Virus record (IMG/VR): IMGVR_UViG_3300032234_001100
Span: 1-39,590 of that record
Length of the DNA stretch: 39,590 nucleotides
Direction: 5' to 3' (one strand)
Source of the DNA: a virus
Taxonomy: Duplodnaviria; Caudoviricetes
The notes below the pieces were generated by a model, which saw nothing but the letters and a program-made list of their open reading frames with translations, was not told the origin of the DNA and did no database searches. Positions 18,039 through 27,799 of this stretch are shown piece by piece. Position 1 is the stretch's first letter, and each line of letters starts with the position of its first letter. A program made the translations under genes and the position numbers.

Positions 18039-18322
18039 CAGTGATAGTCCTCCAGATTAAGATCGGCGATTGTCGCTTCATCGATCTTGATGAAGGTCAG
18101 GCGCCAGTTCTTTGTTACAGTCATGGCCCAACGCCCGGTCTTGTCGCCAACCAGTTCATGCAGCCCGTAATTGGGCGGCACAGCCAGTTCGTCGAAGCTA
18201 CCGACAGCGTTGATGAATGCCAACATTTTACGGATACGTGCTGTATCTCCCACTAGGCCCTTGGCGTTACCGGTCTCAAAAAACCGCCGCAGCCCTTTAT
18301 GGGTGATGCTTTCGATATCCAC
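18038..18322 (-). CDS. higB: HigB (RelE-family) toxin
   Basis: ITHKGLRRFFETG...LHELVGDKTGRWAMTVTKNWRLTF...LEDYH; toxin-first order. Confidence 0.9.
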   Translation of the reverse strand: MDIESITHKGLRRFFETGNAKGLVGDTARIRKMLAFINAVGSFDELAVPPNYGLHELVGDKTGRWAMTVTKNWRLTFIKIDEATIADLNLEDYH

Positions 18323-18327
18323 GGCGC

Positions 18328-18368
18328 CCTATGTCAAACATCATTTGACATGTCAAAGAGTCTTTGAC
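18328..18368 (-). promoter_or_regulatory. higBA promoter with two tandem palindromic operators
   Basis: GTCAAA-N5-TTTGAC at 18333-18349 and 18352-18368; on minus strand TTGACA-17-CATAGG ends 5 nt before the GTG. Confidence 0.75.
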
Positions 18369-18403
18369 GCATTGATAGAGGGCGAGGCGCGAGGAGCCCG
18401 CCC

Positions 18404-18886
18404 ATGATTACCGGCAGAAAACCGAAGCCCACGCAGTTGAAGCTTGTCACCTCCAACCCCGGCAAACGGCGGGTCAATCGCAAGGAAGCCAGGACCAAGG
18501 CGGCTATTCCAGCGCCTCCCCACCACCTGACCGCCGATGCAGTCGAAGAGTGGAACCGGGTGGCGACCGAGCTCTATAACCTTGGCATTCTGTCCGAGAT
18601 CGACCGGGCGGCTCTTGCAGCCTACGCCATGGCCTATGGTCGCTGGGTCCAGGCCGAACGCGCAATCGCGAAGATGGCCGAGAAGGACCAGCTGACCGGC
18701 GGCCTCATGATTAAGACATCGAACGGCAACGCGGTCCAGAACCCGCTGGTTGGCACCGCCAACAAGGCGGCGGCGGACATGATGCGTTACGCCGCAGAAT
18801 TCGGGATGACGCCGAGTGCCAGGAGCAGGATCGCGGCCCAGCCGCCAGAAGAAGGCACGGACCCCGCCGACCGCTTCTTCGCCTGA
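18404..18886 (+). CDS. Terminase small subunit, P27 family
   Basis: GRKPKPTQLKLVTSNPGKR...NPLV...EFGMTPSARSRI. Confidence 0.92.
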   Translation: MITGRKPKPTQLKLVTSNPGKRRVNRKEARTKAAIPAPPHHLTADAVEEWNRVATELYNLGILSEIDRAALAAYAMAYGRWVQAERAIAKMAEKDQLTGGLMIKTSNGNAVQNPLVGTANKAAADMMRYAAEFGMTPSARSRIAAQPPEEGTDPADRFFA

Positions 18887-20636
18887 CCGGGCGCTGGCCT
18901 ATGCCAAGGCGGTGGTCGCAGGCGACATCGTCGCGGGGCCGCACGTTCGCAATGCCTGTAAACGGCACATCGCGGATCTTGCGCGCAAGGACGGCATCTG
19001 GTTCGACCACGAGGCCGCCAATCACGCCTTCGCCTTCTTCGAGGAGGTGCTGAAGCTTTCCGAAGGCCAGTTCGAGGGGCAACCCTTCGAGCTCCAGCCT
19101 AGCCAGGCGTTCATCGTCGGCTCGCTGTTCGGCTGGAAGCGCAAGGACGGTCGCCGCCGGTTCCGCCGCGCCTACATCGAACAGGGCAAAGGCAACGGAA
19201 AGTCGCCGGTTGCAGGCGGAATCGGCATTTACGGGATGACCGCCTGTAAGGAAGCTGGCGCCCAGATCTATGCAGCCGCCGCCAAGAAGGAGCAGGCCAA
19301 CATCCTTTTCCGTGATGCGGTGCGGATGGTCCGGCAATCACCGGCGCTGGCACGGCGGCTCGAGTTTTCAGGAGGCCCGGGACGCGAGTTCAACATCGCG
19401 CATCTGGCATCGGGCAGTTTCTTTCGGCCAGTGTCGCGCGATACCGGCAAGACCGGCTCGGGGCCGAGGCCCTATTTCGTGCTGGCGGACGAGGTCCACG
19501 AGCTTCCGGACCGTTCGATCATCGAGATGCTGGAGCGCGGCTTCAAGTTCCGCCGCGATCCGCTGCTGTTCATGATCACCAACTCGGGCTCGGACCGCAA
19601 TTCGGTCGCATGGGAGGAACACGAACACGCGATACGGGTGGCGGCTGGCAATCCCGATGCGGTGATCGATCCGACCTTTCTGGGTCAGGTCATCGACGAC
19701 ACGACGTTCAGCTACGTCTGCGCGCTCGACGAGGGCGACGACCCGCTGACCGACCCCAGTTGCTGGATCAAGGCAAACCCGCTGCTGGGCGTCACGATCA
19801 CGGAGCAATACCTCTCGGAAGTCGTGGCGCAGGCGAAAGCTATCCCGGGACAATTGAACGGGATCCTGCGGCTGCACTTCTGCGTGTGGACGGATGCCGA
19901 GACCGCCTGGATGGCGCGAGCCACGCTCGAGCCGCTGTTGGCAGAATTCGAACCCAAAGTCGGCCAATCGGTCTGGCTCGGGCTCGACCTCAGCCAGAAC
20001 CGGGATTTGACCGCGCTGGCGGCGGTCCAACGAAATGGCGAGAAGGACGGCAAACCCTGCTTTGACGCATGGGTCGAGGTCTGGACGCCGGGCGATACGC
20101 TGTCGGCGCGGGTGTTGCGGGACAAGCAGCCCTACGACCTCTGGGTCGCAGACGGATTTCTGAATGCGCCGGCCGGCGAGAACATCAGTTTTCGCCACGT
20201 GGCGCAGGCACTGGCTGAGATGGCCTCGGACTACCGGGTAGAGGCCGTGGCCTATGATCGTTACGCCTTCCGCCGCTTTGAAGAGGAAGTTGCTGAACTC
20301 GGGCTGGACCTCGCCTTTGTCGAGCATCCTCAGGGCGGCACCAAGCGGGCGAAGCCTGCGGGCGAAATGAGCGAAGGCCTCTGGATGCCGGGTTCGCTCC
20401 GGCATCTGGAAGAACTGATCCTTGAGGGCCGCATCCGGCTCAAACGCAATCCGGTCCTCATCTCAGCAATGATGTCAGCGGTCACCGAAACCGACCGCTG
20501 GGACAACAAGTGGCTCTCCAAGCAGCGGGCTATCAACAAGATCGACGCAGCGGTCGCGCTGTGCATGGCAGTGGGGGCAGCGATGGCAGACGATACCTCC
20601 GGCACCATCGATGACTGGCTCAAGAGCCTCGCATGA
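18816..20636 (+). CDS. Terminase large subunit
   Basis: Walker A GKGNGKS, Walker B VLADEVHE, ITNSG, GLDLS...DLT, KIDAAVA; start uncertain. Confidence 0.93.
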   Translation: MPGAGSRPSRQKKARTPPTASSPDRALAYAKAVVAGDIVAGPHVRNACKRHIADLARKDGIWFDHEAANHAFAFFEEVLKLSEGQFEGQPFELQPSQAFIVGSLFGWKRKDGRRRFRRAYIEQGKGNGKSPVAGGIGIYGMTACKEAGAQIYAAAAKKEQANILFRDAVRMVRQSPALARRLEFSGGPGREFNIAHLASGSFFRPVSRDTGKTGSGPRPYFVLADEVHELPDRSIIEMLERGFKFRRDPLLFMITNSGSDRNSVAWEEHEHAIRVAAGNPDAVIDPTFLGQVIDDTTFSYVCALDEGDDPLTDPSCWIKANPLLGVTITEQYLSEVVAQAKAIPGQLNGILRLHFCVWTDAETAWMARATLEPLLAEFEPKVGQSVWLGLDLSQNRDLTALAAVQRNGEKDGKPCFDAWVEVWTPGDTLSARVLRDKQPYDLWVADGFLNAPAGENISFRHVAQALAEMASDYRVEAVAYDRYAFRRFEEEVAELGLDLAFVEHPQGGTKRAKPAGEMSEGLWMPGSLRHLEELILEGRIRLKRNPVLISAMMSAVTETDRWDNKWLSKQRAINKIDAAVALCMAVGAAMADDTSGTIDDWLKSLA

Positions 20637-21886
20637 ACCTCTTTCAAAAGGCGATCGGCTACATCGCGCGCTCGATCGGCCTCACAGACCCGCGGCTGGT
20701 GCAAGCCGCAGGCGGGCGCACCACGACAACTGGCGAAGTCGTCTCGAGTGCTTCCGTGCTGGGGCTCGCTTCAGCCTGGGCCTGCGTCAATCTGCTCGCC
20801 GGTACGATCGCCTCGCTGCCGCTCATGGTCTACCGGACCCGAGGCGGTGCAAGGACAGTTGCCGCCGATCATCCGCTCTACCGGATCCTGCATGACAGCC
20901 CGAATGCCGACCAGACCGCGGTCGACTTCTGGGAGTTCATTTGCGCCTCGATTGAACTCAATGGCAATGCCTATGCCGAGATCATTCGAGGCAGCAATGG
21001 TCGGGTGGTGGCGCTCAGCGTTCCCATCGCGCCCGAGCTCATGACAGTGCGCCGTCTGCGTGACGGCAGCCTTGAATATGAGTGGTCGGACAATGGGGTG
21101 CGCTCCATCGTCGGCCAGGACAACATGCTCCACATCCGGGGCTTTGGCGGCAATCCGCTGGGTGGTCTCTCGACCCTCAGCTTCGGCCGCCAGACTTTCG
21201 GATTGGCGCAGGCCATCGAACGGGCCTCAGGCGACACCTTCCGCAACGGCGTGCGGCCGTCGGGCCTTCTCAAGACCGCCGACAGCCTGACCCTCGACCA
21301 GCGGAAGCAGGCCGAGGAACTGCTGCAGGAGAAGTTTGCCGGCGCCATCAATGCCGGGCGGCCAATGCTGCTCGACCGGGGCATGGACTGGGTCCAGCTC
21401 TCGATCAGCCCAGAAGATGCGCAGATGCTCCAGAGCCGGGCTTTCTCGGTCGAGGAGGTCTGCCGCTTCTTTGGCGTGCCGCCCTTCATGGTCGGCCATA
21501 CCGAGAAAACGACCAGCTGGGGCACCGGCCTCGAACAACAGACGCTGGGGTTCCAGAAGTTCACGCTGCGTCGGCGCCTGAAACGCATTGAACAGGCGCT
21601 CGCCAAGCAGCTGCTCTCGCCGGCCGACCGGCAGGCGGGGCTGGTCATCGAGTTCAATCTTGAAGGCCTGCTGCGCGGTGACAGCGCGGCACGCGCCTCC
21701 TTCTACCAGTCGATGCTGGGGAGTGGCGTGATGACCATCAACGAGGTTCGCGCGCTTGAAAACCTGCCGCCGGTCGAAGGCGGCGATGTCCCCCGCATGC
21801 AGATGCAGAACGTACCCATCACCCAGACTGGATCAGGCGCAGCACCCGCCGCGCTGCCGCCTGCTGATCCCGGAGCTTCTCTATGA
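20633..21886 (+). CDS. Portal protein, HK97 family
   Basis: ACVNLLAGTIASLPL, GNAYAEI, EEVCRFFGVPP, MTINEVRALENLPP. Confidence 0.95.
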   Translation: MNLFQKAIGYIARSIGLTDPRLVQAAGGRTTTTGEVVSSASVLGLASAWACVNLLAGTIASLPLMVYRTRGGARTVAADHPLYRILHDSPNADQTAVDFWEFICASIELNGNAYAEIIRGSNGRVVALSVPIAPELMTVRRLRDGSLEYEWSDNGVRSIVGQDNMLHIRGFGGNPLGGLSTLSFGRQTFGLAQAIERASGDTFRNGVRPSGLLKTADSLTLDQRKQAEELLQEKFAGAINAGRPMLLDRGMDWVQLSISPEDAQMLQSRAFSVEEVCRFFGVPPFMVGHTEKTTSWGTGLEQQTLGFQKFTLRRRLKRIEQALAKQLLSPADRQAGLVIEFNLEGLLRGDSAARASFYQSMLGSGVMTINEVRALENLPPVEGGDVPRMQMQNVPITQTGSGAAPAALPPADPGASL

Positions 21887-22509
21887 ACCATCTCGATTTC
21901 ATTCTTGATACCAAGGCCATCACCGAAGATGGCCAGATCGAGGGGCTGGCTGCCGGTTACGGCAACGTCGATGCCGGCGGCGATGTGATCGTACCCGGCG
22001 CACTGGCCCGTTCCTTGAGGGGCCGCACCTCGGTGCCAATGCTCATGTATCACGACCAGACCCGCCCAGCTGGGATCTGGACAGACTTTGCCGAGTGCCG
22101 CGATGGCCTTGTGGTCAAAGGCCAGCTCTCGCTCTCTTCCCAGATTGGGCAGGAAGCCCACGCCCTTGTGCGCGATGGTGCGATTGGCGGCCTCTCTATC
22201 GGCTATAAGACCATTCGTGAGCAGGTCGTGGGCAAGACCCGTCAACTGCTTGAGCTTGCCCTTTACGAGGTCAGCCTTGTTACCATCCCGATGAACGAGC
22301 GCGCGGTTATCACTTCGGTGAAATCGCTCGTTGAGGATGGCCGGCTTCCGACCTTGCCAGAATTTGAGAATTTCCTGCGCGAGGCAGGGTTCTCGAAAAG
22401 TCAGGCCACCGCAATTGCGGGCAAGGGCCTGGCGCAGCTGTTCCGGAGTGAGTCTGGCAGCACCCCATCCGACTTTCTGTCGGCCTTGAAGGCGCAAATC
22501 GGCGCCTGA
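21883..22509 (+). CDS. Prohead protease, HK97 family
   Basis: MYHD, GLSIGY, LYEVSLVTIPMN. Confidence 0.93.
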   Translation: MNHLDFILDTKAITEDGQIEGLAAGYGNVDAGGDVIVPGALARSLRGRTSVPMLMYHDQTRPAGIWTDFAECRDGLVVKGQLSLSSQIGQEAHALVRDGAIGGLSIGYKTIREQVVGKTRQLLELALYEVSLVTIPMNERAVITSVKSLVEDGRLPTLPEFENFLREAGFSKSQATAIAGKGLAQLFRSESGSTPSDFLSALKAQIGA

Positions 22510-22534
22510 TCCCACTCCCAAACAGGATACAATT

Positions 22535-23866
22535 ATGAGCGATGCTAAGACCGCCGAGCAGCTTGCCGGCGAAGTGAAAGGCGTGCTCGACGCACGTTTC
22601 AATGAAGTGAAGTCCAGCCTTGAGGCACGCCAGAGTGAACTGCGCAGCAGCCTTGATGCTCGGCACGACGAGATCAAGTCGGACCTCGATGCAAAGCACG
22701 ATAAGGTGAAGGCGCTTGCCGAGGACGCACTCGGCAAAGCCCAGCGCGGCGAAGACCTATCCAATGCGACCAAGGAACTGGCCGATGAGGCGCTTGTTGC
22801 GCTCAATGAAGCCAAAGCGCGTCTTGACGAGGTCGAACAGAAGCTCGCTCGCCGCGTGGCAGATGATGCCACCCCTGAGTTCAAGACGATCGGCGAGCAG
22901 GTCGTCGCCGACGATGCCATCAAGGCTTTCCTTGGCAATAACACCGTGCGCGGCCGTGCCAGCGTTGAGGTGAAGGCGATAATTTCGGCTCTAACTACAG
23001 ATGCCATGGGCTCGGCAGGCGACATGATCGTAGCTGATCGTCTCCCTGGCATTGTTATGCCGGGCCAGCGCCGCATGACGGTGCGCGATCTGCTTACCCC
23101 GGGCCGGACCGCCAGCAACTCGGTGCAGTACGTCAAGGAAACGGGCTTTACCAATGCGGCCGCGACCGTCTCGGAAACCACTGGCCCCGCCAAGCCGCAG
23201 TCGGACATCAAGTTCGATGTGGTGACCAGCAATGTGACCACGATCGCGCATTGGGTTCTGGCCACCCGCCAGATCCTCGATGATGTGCCGATGCTGCAGT
23301 CCTATGTGGACGGGCGTCTGCGCTATGGTCTGGCGCTGGTCGAAGAAAACCAGCTGCTGAACGGCAGCGGCACAGGCACGGACCTTGCCGGCATCTACAC
23401 GCAGGCGACCGCGTTCACCCCGCCGATCACCATTCCGGCGACGGTGACCAGGATCGACGTGCTGCGCCTCGCCATGCTGCAGACGGCGCTGTCTGAGCTG
23501 ATGTCCACCGGCGTGGTGCTGCATCCGGCTGACTGGGCGGCGATCGAGCTTCTCAAGGATGGGCAGGGCCAGTTCATCGTCGGCAATCCGCAAGGGACGA
23601 TCACCCCGACCCTGTGGGGCCAGCCGGTGGTTGCAACCCAGTCGATGGCAACGGGCAAGTTCCTGACCGGCGCTTTCCAGCTCGGCGCGCAGATCTTCGA
23701 TCGGATGGACGCGGTGGTCGAGATTTCGACGGAGGATGACCAGAACTTCCGCAAGAACCTTGTGACGGTGTTGGCTGAAGAACGGCTAGCGCTCGCGGTC
23801 TACCGCCCCGAGGCCTTCGTGAAAGGTGACTTCACTGCTGCTGCTACGGCTGCCACCAAGGTTTAA
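22535..23866 (+). CDS. Major capsid protein, HK97 fold
   Basis: Coiled-coil delta domain; QILDD, ENQLLNGSG, LWGQPVV, AEERLALAVYRPEAF. Confidence 0.95.
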   Translation: MSDAKTAEQLAGEVKGVLDARFNEVKSSLEARQSELRSSLDARHDEIKSDLDAKHDKVKALAEDALGKAQRGEDLSNATKELADEALVALNEAKARLDEVEQKLARRVADDATPEFKTIGEQVVADDAIKAFLGNNTVRGRASVEVKAIISALTTDAMGSAGDMIVADRLPGIVMPGQRRMTVRDLLTPGRTASNSVQYVKETGFTNAAATVSETTGPAKPQSDIKFDVVTSNVTTIAHWVLATRQILDDVPMLQSYVDGRLRYGLALVEENQLLNGSGTGTDLAGIYTQATAFTPPITIPATVTRIDVLRLAMLQTALSELMSTGVVLHPADWAAIELLKDGQGQFIVGNPQGTITPTLWGQPVVATQSMATGKFLTGAFQLGAQIFDRMDAVVEISTEDDQNFRKNLVTVLAEERLALAVYRPEAFVKGDFTAAATAATKV

Positions 23867-23924
23867 TGATCGGGGAAGGGCTGGCCTCTGGGCTGGCCCT
23901 TCTTTCCTTCTAGGAGATGAGCGG

Positions 23925-24197
23925 ATGTTTCTAAAGGCACTCGATACCATTCATGTGAGCTCGGTGAGCTCAGACAACATCATTGCGGATCAGACATTCG
24001 AGATCGACGATTTGGGCGGTCGCAGCCTGATCGAGCGGGGCCTGGCTATCGAGGTTGATGCGGCAGCGGCTGCAAAGCCAGAACCCGCCGAAAAGGCCGA
24101 AGCGCAGCCGGTGAAACCCTCGCAGGCCGAGGAAATCACCGAACAGTCGCCGATCACCAATAAGGTAGGCGCACACACCCGTAAAAAGGTGGTTTGA
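23925..24197 (+). CDS. Small hypothetical head-associated protein
   Basis: AGGAG RBS; MFLKALDT...LIERGLAIEV with Ala/Pro/Lys tail, between capsid and connector. Confidence 0.65.
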   Translation: MFLKALDTIHVSSVSSDNIIADQTFEIDDLGGRSLIERGLAIEVDAAAAAKPEPAEKAEAQPVKPSQAEEITEQSPITNKVGAHTRKKVV

Positions 24198-24739
24198 TGT
24201 CCGAGATCGTCACGATCGAGCCACCCCAGGATCGTGCCGTGACGCTCGAGGAAGCACGCCAGCAGCTTCGGCTTGATGGCCGTGACGAGGACCTGCTGCT
24301 CGGCGCTAAACTGGATGCAGCCCAAGCTGAACTGGAACAGCAGACAGGCCTGAAGCTTTGCGAGCAAACGCTTGAATTGCAGCTGGAAGGCTGGCTGGAC
24401 GAAATCACCGTGCCCATCCGGCCCTCCACGGTGGCAGAGATTCGCTATACTGCCGCCAGCGGCGCAATAGTGCCCCTCCCAGAGACGGACTATGTCGTCC
24501 GCCGGCGGCATGGGTTCACCCGCATCCGCCCAGCATCGGGCAAGTCTTGGCCGGAACTGGGCGCAGATGGCCTGATCAAGGTCATATTGTTTGCCGGATT
24601 TGGCGAGAATGACGCTGATCTGGCGATCGCGCGCGCCGCTATCCTCGTCAAAACCGCATCTCTGTATGAAAACCGCGAAGGTGCGACCTGTCTCGCCTTC
24701 GACACGCTGGTGGGGCAACTCCAATGCCGCTGGATCTAG
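24197..24739 (+). CDS. Head-tail connector (gp6-like)
   Basis: VTLEEARQQLRLD...EDLLL...LYENRE. Confidence 0.85.
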   Translation: MSEIVTIEPPQDRAVTLEEARQQLRLDGRDEDLLLGAKLDAAQAELEQQTGLKLCEQTLELQLEGWLDEITVPIRPSTVAEIRYTAASGAIVPLPETDYVVRRRHGFTRIRPASGKSWPELGADGLIKVILFAGFGENDADLAIARAAILVKTASLYENREGATCLAFDTLVGQLQCRWI

Positions 24740-25077
24740 CCTCCAGGCTCGACACAAGGATCCGGATTGAGCGCAAGGTCATCGCATACGACCCCCTTTA
24801 TGGCACCGAACAGGTCATGTGGACCGAGTTCGCCTGCATCTGGGCCGAGGTGAAGGACATTCTCCCGTCAAAGGCTGAGCGTCTCGCCGACAGCATCCAG
24901 ATTGATCGCCGCCCCGCCCGGATCCGCATTCGGCATCTGCCTGGCCTCTCTGCAGATATGCGGGTCATCATCGATAAACGCGTCCACCAGATCATTTCCG
25001 GCCCGGCAACGCTGGGGCGGCGGGAGGCCATGGAGTTCGTGGTCGAGGAACATTCGAGCGAAGGAGCAGCACCATGA
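24724..25077 (+). CDS. Head closure / head-tail adaptor
   Basis: LDTRIRIER...WAEV...RIRIRH...MRV; synteny. Confidence 0.85.
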   Translation: MPLDLASRLDTRIRIERKVIAYDPLYGTEQVMWTEFACIWAEVKDILPSKAERLADSIQIDRRPARIRIRHLPGLSADMRVIIDKRVHQIISGPATLGRREAMEFVVEEHSSEGAAP

Positions 25078-25637
25078 CGATCCGGCTCAAGGGTGGCCTT
25101 GAATTGCTGCGCATGCTTGATGAGCTGCCCAAGAACCTCGAGCGCAACGTTATCCGCGGCGGGCTTCGCGCCGGCGCCAAGGTGATCCAGCAACAGGCGA
25201 AGACCAATGTGCCGGTGAAGACCGGTCAGCTGAAGCGCGCGATCGGTATTGGCACCCGAACCGAGGGCGCCAAGCTCTCGTCTTACGTCAAACTGCGCGG
25301 GAAAGGCTCCTATCTCGGGCTGTTCATCGAATATGGCGTCGCGCCCCACCTGATTGCGGTGTCAGACGCCGACAAGCCGGTGCGTGAGACCCGGCGCGGC
25401 CCGCGTAAAGTCGGCATCGGTACGATCAACAAGATGCTGAAGCGCGGCAGTCTCAAGATCGGCGAGAACTTCGCCGGACCCGTGGTCATGCACCCGGGCC
25501 ACGCGGCCAAACCATTTCTGCGCCCAGCGCTCGACCAGAAAGCCGAGGAAGCGGTGAACGCCATGGGCGCCTATATCGCCCACCGCGTCCAGATTGGGAA
25601 CCTGAAGGCACCGACCCTGGAGGTCGATGACGAATGA
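25074..25637 (+). CDS. HK97 gp10-like tail component
   Basis: PVKTGQLKRAI, FIEYG, AKPFLRPALD. Confidence 0.85.
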   Translation: MTIRLKGGLELLRMLDELPKNLERNVIRGGLRAGAKVIQQQAKTNVPVKTGQLKRAIGIGTRTEGAKLSSYVKLRGKGSYLGLFIEYGVAPHLIAVSDADKPVRETRRGPRKVGIGTINKMLKRGSLKIGENFAGPVVMHPGHAAKPFLRPALDQKAEEAVNAMGAYIAHRVQIGNLKAPTLEVDDE

Positions 25638-26053
25638 ACGGAGTGATTGCGGTCCGCTCGCTCCTGGTGGCTGACACCGGAGTGACGGCGCTTGTCCCAA
25701 ATGCCCGGATCGCCGCTGGAATGCTGCCCCAAGGCACGGACTTGCCGGCGATATCGTTGATGTCGGTCAGCAGCGTTGATCGCAACATTTCCGCGCCGGG
25801 CCCCAAACGCCGGGTAACCGCAAGGGTGCAGGTGACTGTGTTGGCGCGAACCTATCCCGAGACGAAAGCCATTCTGGCGGCCATCCGCAAGGCCGCTGCC
25901 GACCAAATGCCCGCGATCGACGGGCTTACCGAGGTCACCGTCCACACCGATTCTGCCGGGCCAGACTTCCTCGACGAGGAGGCCGGCATCCACATGCAGA
26001 CGCAGGACTTCCGCGTCTCATTCAACGAGGCACGGATAGCCTCAGCTTCATAA
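25634..26053 (+). CDS. Tail terminator (DUF3168-like)
   Basis: LLVADTGVTALV...LPAISL...RVQVTV; synteny. Confidence 0.8.
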   Translation: MNGVIAVRSLLVADTGVTALVPNARIAAGMLPQGTDLPAISLMSVSSVDRNISAPGPKRRVTARVQVTVLARTYPETKAILAAIRKAAADQMPAIDGLTEVTVHTDSAGPDFLDEEAGIHMQTQDFRVSFNEARIASAS

Positions 26054-26064
26054 GGACTAATATT

Positions 26065-26526
26065 ATGACTGTTCGGACTTCCGCCGGCACCACCCTAAAA
26101 GTGTCTGCCGCTATACCTGCGACCTTTGATGCCACCGGCTATAATGCACTGACCATGACGGCGGTCGGCGAGGTTTCTGACCTTGGCGAGTTCGGCCGCG
26201 AGTTCAATCTCGTGACCTTCAACCCTGTGGGCAGCCGCGGTGTTGTCAAGAAGAAGGGTAGCTTCAATCAGGGCACGATGCAGATCCAGCTGGGTCTCGA
26301 CACCGATGATGCGGGCCAGATCCTCTTGAAGTCTGCCTCGCTCTCTGATGCAGATTACAGTTTCCTCGTCACCACCCAGAATGGTGACAAATACTATTTC
26401 CAGGCGCAAGTTATGAGCTTCAAGGTCAATGTCGGTTCGGTCGATCAAATTACGACTGCCACGGTGACCCTCGAACTCACCACCAATTCCGCAGGTGTGG
26501 GCATTGTAGAGGTATTGGCGCCCTGA
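26065..26526 (+). CDS. Major tail tube protein
   Basis: TSAGTTLKVSA...GEVSDLGEFG...KKKGSFNQG...DAGQ; synteny. Confidence 0.82.
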   Translation: MTVRTSAGTTLKVSAAIPATFDATGYNALTMTAVGEVSDLGEFGREFNLVTFNPVGSRGVVKKKGSFNQGTMQIQLGLDTDDAGQILLKSASLSDADYSFLVTTQNGDKYYFQAQVMSFKVNVGSVDQITTATVTLELTTNSAGVGIVEVLAP

Positions 26527-26536
26527 CGGAGCGACA

Positions 26537-26586
26537 ATGTTCATTTTCTGATATTTATTGACATTTTTGAGGTAAAGTGAACATAT
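26537..26586 (+). promoter_or_regulatory. Promoter/operator of the Xre-RES module
   Basis: TTGACA at 26558; inverted repeat ATGTTCATTTT (26537) / AAAGTGAACAT (26574). Confidence 0.6.
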
Positions 26587-26607
26587 AAGCGTGAATGGAG
26601 GCCTACT

Positions 26608-26994
26608 ATGCAAGCCGCAACTACTGCCAGCCAGCCTGATCGCAAGGATCTGACCGGGCCTGCGCTCAGGACGTTCTTCAGGATTGCCGATGCATGGGGT
26701 CTGAAGGAGCAGGAGCAGATGCGCATCCTGGGTCTCGACAGCCGCTCGACCTTCCAATCCTGGAAACGCGGTGCTGTCGCGGCAATTCCCAAGGATGCGC
26801 TAGAGCGTATTTCTTATGTGATGGGTATCTACAAGGGATTGCAGATACTGCTTCCCAAAAGCGCCAACGGCTGGGTGCGTAAGCCCAACAAGGCAAGTGT
26901 GTTCGGTGGCCGTCCGGCTATCGATCGCATGACCTCGGGCAATGTCGCTGACCTTTATGTGGTGCGGCAGTATATCGACGCCCAGCGCGGATGA
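26608..26994 (+). CDS. Xre/MbcA/ParS family antitoxin
   Basis: FFRIADAWGL...ERISYVMGIYKGL...WVRKPN..FGGRPAIDRM...VRQYIDAQRG. Confidence 0.9.
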   Translation: MQAATTASQPDRKDLTGPALRTFFRIADAWGLKEQEQMRILGLDSRSTFQSWKRGAVAAIPKDALERISYVMGIYKGLQILLPKSANGWVRKPNKASVFGGRPAIDRMTSGNVADLYVVRQYIDAQRG

Positions 26995-27674
26995 GGGATC
27001 TCCCCATTGCCAGGATCGAGTGGCGACCCTGTTATCGGATCGTTCCCAGCCGGTTTCCGCCGGTTGGGCTGTTTGATGCAGTCGCCGATCCCGATGATCT
27101 GGAAGCCGTCTTCCAAATAGAGGCGATGACCAACGACCGTCTTCGCGACGAAGTCGGTGAGATTTCCCTGGTGCCGAGCGAAGACCGCGTTTCAGGCCCC
27201 GGGACTACGCCGATCATGGCGGCTTTCACGCATCTGAAGCCGGGCGGCGATCGCTTTGCCGATGGCAGTTACGGCGTGTTCTATGCCAGTCTGAACCTCG
27301 AAACCGCGGTTGCCGAGACAAAGCATCACCGCATGTGTTTTCTCGAGGCGACCGATGAGCCGGCGCAGGAACTCGATATGCGGGTCTATGCAGTGGATCT
27401 GGTCGCTGACCTCCATGACATTCGCGGGACGAAGGCGAGCAACCCGACCTGGTATCACCCGACGCGCTACGCCATGTCGCAAGAATTGGCGTGGGAGCTC
27501 AGGGAATCCGGCTCCGACGGGATCGTTTACGACAGTGTCCGCCATGATGGCGGCGAATGCGCTGCGGTATTCCGCCCTCGGCTCCTTTCCAATTGCCGAC
27601 AGGAACGCCATCTCTGCTACGTTTGGGACGGGCAGGCGATCGCCATGATCTACGAGAAAAAGAACTTCGGCTAA
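26991..27674 (+). CDS. RES-domain toxin (NAD+ phosphorylase family)
   Basis: YRIVPSRFPP, RFADGSYGVFYA..ETAVAET, GIVYDSVR (R-E-S residues). Confidence 0.92.
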   Translation: MRDLPIARIEWRPCYRIVPSRFPPVGLFDAVADPDDLEAVFQIEAMTNDRLRDEVGEISLVPSEDRVSGPGTTPIMAAFTHLKPGGDRFADGSYGVFYASLNLETAVAETKHHRMCFLEATDEPAQELDMRVYAVDLVADLHDIRGTKASNPTWYHPTRYAMSQELAWELRESGSDGIVYDSVRHDGGECAAVFRPRLLSNCRQERHLCYVWDGQAIAMIYEKKNFG

Positions 27675-27799
27675 CGCACCGACAATCGCCGAGAATTGTG
27701 CGGCGAATAGTAAGATCAATCACCCCAAGAACGACTTGCCTGCCTGACGAGATCAGGTGGCCTGCTTGTGCTTGCCCCTTACAGCAAAGGAATTTCCCC

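Noticed and set aside
21703-23265. 520-aa minus-strand ORF
   Set aside because: Antisense to portal, protease and capsid genes; no recognisable domain
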